Assembly: GCA_023231475.1 (NCBI GenBank)
Contig: JALJEE010002539.1
Location: 1-64,000 of the forward strand
Source of the DNA: Seison nebaliae
Taxonomy: Eukaryota
Direction of reading: 5' to 3'
Length of the DNA stretch: 64,000 nt
This document shows, in pieces, positions 55,983-64,000 of the stretch. A program made the position numbers and the translations under genes. Position 1 is the stretch's first letter. Each line of letters starts with the position of its first letter. The notes beneath the pieces were generated by a model. The model was not told the DNA's origin and did no database searches. It saw only the letters and a program-made list of their open reading frames with translations.

Positions 55983-56531
55983 TTAGATTTGATGGGAATT
56001 CAAATGAGACGTCCATTGTTGGATGTCGAGAGTTCGGAAAGAGCAAACGTTGCAACTGAGAATGATTAAACTTCGTGAATACACATTTTTCTTACTTGCC
56101 ACATGTCTCGTAACACAATTCATGAATGTTGTCGTCTCGTCGTACGAGTAGCCACGATCACACGATTGCTCATTACGAGTATGTTTCCAGATATGTGATT
56201 TGATGGTCGGTGGTTGACGACTGACATAATTGCACACGCGACATTGAAACGCAAGTAATGACGACTTTCCGACTGCTGATGAAAATTGGTGAGTAGAAAG
56301 ACGTTTTAGAATTGATTTAGATTTCTGATCATTCACTTCCTTTAACTTCTTCTTGTAGTTTTCGTGCTCAAGATAATTTTTGATACAATTCGTTTGGTGA
56401 GTGGTCAGATAAGGAATGGCGGGAGGTAGAACTGTATTTTCAGCTGAGCCGATCAGTTTCGAGAGACTGAGTTCCCTGTCGTTCGTGCAAATGAGTGGCG
56501 TCGGCATGAAATCGATATGGTCATTCATCAT
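55983..56531 (-). CDS. Small C2H2 zinc-finger protein
   Basis: FQCRVCNYVSRQPPTIKSHIWKH and LSCNVCSFRTLDIQQWTSHLNSH; an acceptor-like GCGATAG lies just upstream. Confidence 0.75.
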   Translation of the reverse strand: MMNDHIDFMPTPLICTNDRELSLSKLIGSAENTVLPPAIPYLTTHQTNCIKNYLEHENYKKKLKEVNDQKSKSILKRLSTHQFSSAVGKSSLLAFQCRVCNYVSRQPPTIKSHIWKHTRNEQSCDRGYSYDETTTFMNCVTRHVASKKNVYSRSLIILSCNVCSFRTLDIQQWTSHLNSHQI

Positions 56532-56717
56532 TTCTTCCCATTGGACTCGTCTATCGCATTGGTTGGGAGGGGGGCGGAATGTGTGAAATGTGTGAAATGA
56601 GTGAAATGTTGGAAGTGAAGAATGAAGATGATTATTTTGTTGGTCGTAAGAGAAATGTCTTTTATTTAGATAAATATAAACATGTCTCTTCTTCTTTCTT
56701 TCTTTCTTTTTCCTTCT

Positions 56718-57098
56718 TCAAATCTTCTCCTCTTCTTTTTCGTATTGAGACTCGTGTTCAAAGTTCATCATCTGCTCCTTCTGATTCTCGTCTCCACGCT
56801 TACTAAAATATATATCCACCTTACTCTGATGGAGTAGGAATGCCGGAGTGATCCATGTCTCACACTCACATTTGACACCCGACCAACAAAACCTTCCAAG
56901 TTTGACGTTACATTTCAAACAATGCAACTTCCCCGAATTATCTTCACTCGTCGATTGGAAGTATTCAGGTGAGTTAATTGAAATGTTCAGATCGCATTTC
57001 ATCTCTCGACGAAGTGACGACGTATGATGAATCACTGCCTCCTCCCCACATATCACACTACGACATTGTCTACAACAAATCTTTTCGATCGAATTCAT
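56718..57098 (-). CDS. Yvh1/DUSP12-type C-terminal zinc-binding domain without a visible phosphatase domain
   Basis: CRQCR...HH...C...GKLHCLKCNVKLGRFCWSGVKCECETWITPAFLLHQSKVD matches the DUSP12/Yvh1 cysteine-rich domain. An in-frame TAA lies 5 codons upstream of the ATG. Confidence 0.8.
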   Translation of the reverse strand: MNSIEKICCRQCRSVICGEEAVIHHTSSLRREMKCDLNISINSPEYFQSTSEDNSGKLHCLKCNVKLGRFCWSGVKCECETWITPAFLLHQSKVDIYFSKRGDENQKEQMMNFEHESQYEKEEEKI

Positions 57099-59307
57099 CC
57101 TCCAATTTAATTAAACCAAATATAGCCAACACTTTATCTCCACTTACATCTTAATTGTAATCGCCTATTGTGACTTCATTGGTAAAACTTTCAATTATTC
57201 TCTTATTCTCTTAAGCCTATGAACCATGAAAATACGGAAAAACGGAGAGATTCACTCTTACTAATTGAGAGAAATATGAGAATAATACAAATGAAATTTC
57301 CGATGGAATTGTAGTAGAATATGAAGACAATTATAATTTTCAATAAATGTTCAAACAATTCTTCTCGTTTAACTAACAAGTGTTTAATGGAATTCTCTCA
57401 AGGTCAACAGACCTTTTTTATCCAAGAAACAATAGAAAATATAACTGGATACCTGTACATTTTACAGTATAAAGGAAATGTTTAGTATGAACGTTTAGTA
57501 AGTGATTAAATAAATTGTAAAACATGTGAAAATTTATTAGTATTCATATAAGTTCATAATTATATATATTTATATATATAGTTCATAATATGGCGTCTAA
57601 CATATATCTGTAAGATTTATTGAACATTTAAAAATCTTTCAAACTTTCAATTTCCATTAACATTCAATGGAAGGAGAAAGAATTGACAATTCTGAAGTGA
57701 ACAATTTAGTGGGAATTGAACGAATTAGAAAATTATAAATAATTATCTCTCCATATTGCAAATGAGAATCATTCCATATGAATGACGTAAAAACAACGAC
57801 TAAAATTAGTTAAGATGGAGAGAAGGTAAATTAATTTTTAATAAAAGTCAATTTTATCATAGAAGATGGAGTATATGAATTTTGGGTAAGTAATAAATTG
57901 AAGATGAATTAAAAACATTCGGTCCTGATTGGTCCATATTCAGTCCGTTACCATATATTCCTTGCACGTTAAGTAATCTTATATGTTCCTTTACGCTCCT
58001 TTTCATCACGTTGACTGACTGAATGCATAGCGTGTTCCCTCATAAAATGAAAAGAGGGGAAGGAGGAGTGAAGAGTTTGTTTGTCTACCCGCTGAAAGAA
58101 GCGTATAGAAAGAACTTATTTCTCCTTATTGGTCATAGTGTGAAAAGTGAAATTAATGAGTTTTTCTTTTTTGGAGAAATTAAATTATTTTATTGACTTC
58201 ATCAAATCAGTTGGAATTGAGGAAAAAATGAATAATTTCTTCTGCGAGATTCTCCAATCCCGAAAAGAGGAAATTGTTAAAAAAACTTTTATTTGTTGTT
58301 TGGGAGAAATGGATTTCATCTCAATTTTATGATTTGAAGATGATTATGAAATGAAATTGTTTGAATGATAAGCATTTGTTGAATGAGGAAAGAAATGAAT
58401 GAAGAGAATCATGATTTGAATAGGAAAAGATGATTTGATTTAATTTTAAGAGAATTGTCTTTTATTTATTTCATTCTACTACTCATGATCTATTACACAA
58501 TCTTACGCGGACATATTCACTCATTTATACGTAGATGATAAATCCTTCACACCAACATCAATACATTTACACGTATTTGTCCATTGCATATATGTATGGA
58601 TGTATGAGAGAAGGGAAATGGAGATTGTCTCTTTCAAATTCTGCCCATCTCCATACATTGGGATGTCCATGTGTGAATAGAAAGAGCAGATATGCAACAA
58701 CAACCTTATGATATAAATTGTAATGAATAAAAAAAAATTGAAATTATTCTTGTTCTTCTGCCAATTTCCATTTAATTCTAATCCGGTTTAATTTCAATTT
58801 ATTTCATTTTCATCTCCTGTTCTCGAAAGAACAGAAATCATTTCAATTCTTTTTTACTTTTCGTATATTTGTTTCTTGATTCAACTCGTCGATTCTCCGC
58901 AGATCCCATCTCATCCAAATAAAGGAAGTTCACATCTTTTACAACTTTCTCTTCCTTCCACATTATTTCCAATCATTGTGTAATTATCAACAATTTGTCG
59001 TCTCTTTCATCAATCGAATAGAAGAGAGAGAGTTGTTTGTCCCGAAAAACCATTTCCACAAATCTCTTATTTATTTAATGAACATTAATTGAATGGAATG
59101 CCACAAAATTAGTTGATTTCTTCATTTCTTTCAGGGCTCATCCGCCATCCCTCCCAAAATCGTTCGAACTTAATTTTGAGAATTAGTTACATTTCAAGTT
59201 ATTTTCCTTCTCATCATGTTATGAGCATTTTAGTTAGAAAGAAGAGTGAACGCAGAATTATTCATCGCTGAGACATCAACGCAGAGGACAATGTATGCAT
59301 CGAACAG

Positions 59308-61496
59308 ATGGTTCGTCTAATTCGTCTCATTACAACTACCCTCCGCCCAATGCGGCGAGTTACTCCTTCATTCACCGGATCGGAGGGCTTCATGGTTCGT
59401 CTTCATTGCCTACGTCGCCGTCAAAATTCATCAACATCACAGCCTTTGGGTTTAGGAAGGCCGTCCATTTACCATGCATTGATCATCATCTTTCTAGAAT
59501 ACTTTGCTTGGGGACTACTGATGACTCCCGTGATATCGATCTTGAATGAAACATTCCCCCACCATACCTTTCTCATGAATGGACTAATTCAAGGTGTCAA
59601 AGTTAATACTTTTCTTCATTCAACATTTCTCTTCTTTTTTCTTCTTTTTATCACCAAATCTTTTTCTAACAACATTTTCTAATGAAAAAAATTTTCAAGT
59701 AAATTTTCTAGAAATTTTTTGTAATTTAATTTTTTTCCAAGTTTTTTCATCATTCCAATTTTTTCCAAGTTTTTTCCAATTCCCATTTTTTCCAAGTTTT
59801 TTTCTCAATTTAAACTTTTTTGAAGTTTTTTTGCCATTCCAAATTTTTTCCAAGTTTTTTTATTATTCGAATTTTTTAGAAGTTTTTTATCAATCCAATT
59901 TATCGTTTCGACATTTTTTCACATTAGTTTTTTATTTTAAATTTATGATTTAATGGAATAATTGATGGTGGAAAAAAAAAATAATAATAATAATAATAAT
60001 TTTTTTCTCGGAATTTTTTAGGGGTTTCTTTCATTTCTCTCAGCACCACTCATTGGTGCTCTATCAGATATTTATGGGAGGAAGACATTTTTGTTACTAA
60101 CAACATTCTTCACTTGTTGCCCAATTCCGCTCATGCTCATATCACCGACATTATATTTTGTGACGTTAAGTTTATCCGGTGTATTCGCCGTCACATTTAG
60201 CGTGGTGTTCGCTTATGTGGCGGATGTGACGGAAGAACACGAAAGATCAGCAGCTTACGGTCTCGTATCGGCTACTTTCGCTGCATCGCTCATAACTTCT
60301 CCTGCAATCGGCGCATATTTGGGAGATTCATATTCGCAACGTTTAGTCATCGTTCTTGCCACCATCATTTCATTATTGGATGTGTTATTTATATTTTTGG
60401 CGGTACCGGAATCGTTACCTGAATCCGTTCTTTCTCGAGTATCTGGTATTTGGCAACAGGCGGATCCATTCGCTTCCTTTCGACGTATGATCTATGATCG
60501 GACCATGAGAACATTATGTGCTGCTGTATTCTTCTCTTATTTGGCGGAGGCGGGACAATATTCATGTTTTTTCGTCTATCTCAAATTGGTCATCGGATTC
60601 TCGGAAGAAAGTGTGGCCTTCTTCATCGCTTTCATTGGAGTACTCTCGTGCATTACACAGACTTTAGTGCTCAGTATTTCCATGAAATATTTCGGGTATC
60701 GACGAACTTTGTTTGTTGGACTCATTTTCCAAATTGTCCAATTGGCCTGGTATGGTGTCAGTTCTCAAGCATGGATCATTTGGTTAGCGGGAGCGATGGC
60801 GGCTATGTCGTCCATTGTCTATCCGGCGATTTCTGCATATGTCTCCGCACATTCTACGGAAGACCAACAAGGATTCGCTCAAGGTATGATAACGGGTATT
60901 CGTGGTCTTTGTAATGGTCTCGGACCAGCACTTTATGGATTTATCTTCTACTTATTCCGATTTAATCTCAATGCTAATTCCATTTCTAACACTTATGCAC
61001 CATATACTAATCATATCAATACGCGTCTACAATTATTATACATAAAAGACAGTAATTATTCGATGGAGACATTCATCCCTAGTCTGTTTCCGACGAATAT
61101 GGAATCATTCGATTCGATCGTTCGAGCACTCGATTTCCCTTTGAATCGATCGTTCCTTCTCCTCTCCAAAAATGGTTCGATAAATTTCGTTTATTCAAAA
61201 AAATCCGATTTAACCAATTATAAGAAAATCATGAAAACACCGATGGAAGTCGATGAGATTTTTCATGATTATCTCATTGCAAATCACAGTCTCCAAAATT
61301 ATCAATTTCGCACATATGAAAAAACGTTCCGATATCGATCGATTCCAATTAAAGAATTACATTCATGGCTACGACATCAGAAAGGAAAGAATACTCGAGA
61401 TATTTGGATAGTTATCGATTATAAAAAGAAGAATGCCACAATTCGACATTTGAATGAAACGATTTATAAATATTGTTGTAAAGATCTCTCGAAAGG

Positions 61497-61530
<34 letters not shown>

Positions 61531-62283
61531 ATTGGAGGGTCTTCATTAACATCTCATTTGTTGACTGGTCCACCTTTTCTTTTTGGTGCAATATCTGCTG
61601 CTTTCGCTTTCTTTCTTGCCACATTTCTACCAGAACATCCTCATTCATCAACAACCTCTTCCTCTACTTCAACCACTGCCAACAACAACAATAACGAGAG
61701 TGATGGAGATGATGAAGATAAGAGGAAGATGAAGAAAAATCCAAATTATCCTCATAGTTATTCACGTGTCTCACAAGTGGATGATATTCATGATATTCAA
61801 TTTCAACATCCTGATCATGAACATGAACAACAAGATCATGAACAACAACAATTGGAGTTGAAGAGACAACAACGAAGAAGACGAACACAACAAAATCCCA
61901 ATCGGCCAATTGTCAAAATGGAGAAGAAGAACTCATCCGATAATTCCATCGACATTTATCCGTTGAACGGTTATTCAAACAATATCATACGAACACATTC
62001 AAATCGTTTAACTGATGATAATCATGCGAGACGGACGTCATCGGAAACTCGTATCGTTTATCGTCAAACACAAAATACTAATTCCAATAAAACTAATCAT
62101 ATCCAAATGAAAAATATCATAAAAATTTCCAAAAAGAATAGTAGCGGTAATATCAACAACAACAACAACAGCAACAATGATAATGGGATTGTCAGTAAAA
62201 TAGCGGATTATATACCGGTAAATAATGATAGAGATGATGAGAGAAAATATTCGACTTGTATAAAAAAAATCGATCCAATTTGA
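59308..62283 (+). CDS. MFSD14: MFSD14/HIAT1-family MFS transporter, 2 exons
   Basis: GLGRPSIYHALIIIFLEYFAWGLL, ETFPHHTFLMNGLIQGVK|GFLSFLSAPLIGALSDIYGRK, FSVVFAYVADVT, GMITGIRGLCNGLGPALYG, GPPFLFGA. Intron 59602-60021; the start codon is uncertain. Confidence 0.93.
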
Positions 62284-63365
62284 GGTGAGGAAAATAAACC
62301 GTTTGGAGAATCATCATTCAATACATTCAATAAAAAATATCACAAATATCAGTATCATGAAAGTATTTCCTTATATTTAAGGAATATTCCTCTTCTTTCA
62401 CTTGATTCATTCTCATCAATTTCGATATCATTCATTTTTCACTAATAATATTATCAATCTCAATTCAAATCATCAATTGACTTCTCTTCCAAACCGAATT
62501 AATTTATTTATTCGTTTATTTAATTTTGGAGAATGTTCCGATGATTCTTGTTTGAATGAGTGTAAAGACTATCGAAATATCTTCTATTTTTCGTGTAACC
62601 TTCGTATGTCCATGCCAAATGGAAAATTGGATTCCACGAAATTTGTTAGTCTTTCTGTTGTGCTTGTTGACTCGCTGTGGTCCAATTTTTCATTGTCATT
62701 CTCCTCTGTTACACGAGAGAAGGAAAATCGTCGAACCAAAATGATCAAATTGATGGAATGTGAAAAAAAAGCGATGAAGAAACAATTGGAATTGATAAGA
62801 ATTTATTAATTTAACGACAGAACTTCTGTATAAAAATTTCATTCATTTCGTTATTATTCAGAGAAATTTTAGATTGATTTTCTTCTGCACACACACACAC
62901 ACACACATACACATCATTTATGCACAATCTATTTGAGTAATGAAAACATTCTCTTCAATCTTATCTATTTTACGATTCTTCCTCCACAAATCTCATCCAT
63001 TGTTATTTTGGTAATTTCCGAGATTTTTTCATGAATATTGATAAATTCTAATTTATTCTGAAAAAAAAAAGAATTTTTTATTCGATCGATAAATTAGAGA
63101 GAATGGAAGGAATGGACAAGTAGTTAAATAAAAATAAAGTTAGAAGGATCTCCAAATGAAGATAATTGTCCTGATCTCTCCACCTCCTCGTAGTTTGATG
63201 TGGAGAGAGGAAGGTCATCAAACTGAGAAGAAGAACTGAAAGTTTTGATAGACACGTTTTATAGTTTTCATAAATGGGAAGCATAAATTTCGGATATTTA
63301 AGTGAAAGTCAATTAAATGTCCAACTCCATATTCTCTATCTTCACCATTCTTTCTTTAAAATATT

Positions 63366-64000
63366 ATGAAAAATTCAATAATAATTATTTTAATCTCAAT
63401 TTCGCTTATCTCCGTCCAATGTGGATTGTTGGACAAGATGAAGAATAAAGCGAAGAATAAAGCAAAGGAATTGGCCGACAAGAAGATCAAAGAACTCCTC
63501 AAAAAGAACGGAGTAACTGAAGACGATTTAGCTGACGAGATCTGTCCAAAAGATGGTGACGGTGGTGATGGGAAAGGTGGAAAGAAAGGAAAAAAAGGCA
63601 AAAAAGGTGACGAGAGTTCCGTCACTTCCGGTCCAGGTGAATTACGATATTTCTCCAAATTGAGAGTTAGTTTTTCTTAAAGACGTTTTCTCGTTGGCAA
63701 TTGTGAAAGGTTTGTGAGAAGATGCCCAAAGTGAAGAATGGTTATCGAATGGCTACACATCGAATCTTTTATAAAGACTCAGATACTGACGAATCAGTTT
63801 TCCGTTCTGGATCTTATGTCATTTTTGATTGTAATGCAAATTATACGATTAATGGTAAGTGACATTCTTTCTTTCTTTAATTCAAATTTTATTCATTTAT
63901 TCTTTTTCACACAAGGTCCCAATAAAGTCAGTTGTAATTATGAAGGTGAATGGAAGACGGCAGATGGAAACGATGCAGGAAAATGTAAGAAAAATAAAGA
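63366..64000 (+). CDS. Secreted Sushi/CCP-domain protein (runs off the window)
   Basis: Signal peptide MKNSIIIILISISLISVQC. After splicing (~63666-63709 and ~63855-63915) it reads VCEKMPKVKNG...GSYVIFDCNANYTINGPNKVSCNYEGEW...C, a CCP pattern (C..P...NG...G..V.F.C..Y...G....C...G.W...C). Confidence 0.8.

Noticed and set aside
57935..58075. Two weak hairpins suggesting a structured ncRNA
   Set aside because: Stems are only 7-8 bp and no clear box or Sm motifs; no tRNA, rRNA, snRNA or SL RNA was recognisable anywhere in the window.

Overview
AT-rich, gene-dense nuclear DNA of an invertebrate animal, not a prokaryote. Most long proteins are split by tiny (mostly ~41-70 nt) spliceosomal introns, so the ORF track shows only fragments. 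By manual splicing I recover about 21 protein-coding genes: ALAD, a GH20 beta-hexosaminidase, V-ATPase subunit C, CCDC13, a secreted Thr/Trp/His/Asp repeat protein, a GAT-like SLC6, a coiled-coil orphan, a possible Nuf2, a prothymosin-like acidic protein, a GT10 fucosyltransferase, an SLC22, Raf, SDAD1, C1QBP, PHF5A, DUS2, a fibrinogen-domain protein, a C2H2 protein, a stand-alone Yvh1/DUSP12 zinc domain, MFSD14 and a Sushi-domain protein. Decayed LINE, hAT and MULE elements are also present. Two system-level signals stand out. (1) All ~52 introns I could place by protein homology in nine conserved genes begin GTT rather than GTA/GTG, usually without the +5 G, and AAG acceptors are frequent; this suggests a rewired splice-site recognition code. 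(2) SDAD1-C1QBP-PHF5A(-DUS2) are co-oriented with 64- and 105-bp T-rich spacers that end in splice-acceptor-like AGs just before the ATG, the signature of a polycistronic operon resolved by spliced-leader trans-splicing. All exon boundaries were read by eye and need RNA-seq confirmation. The species cannot be determined from this window; the intact ALAD argues against a nematode.
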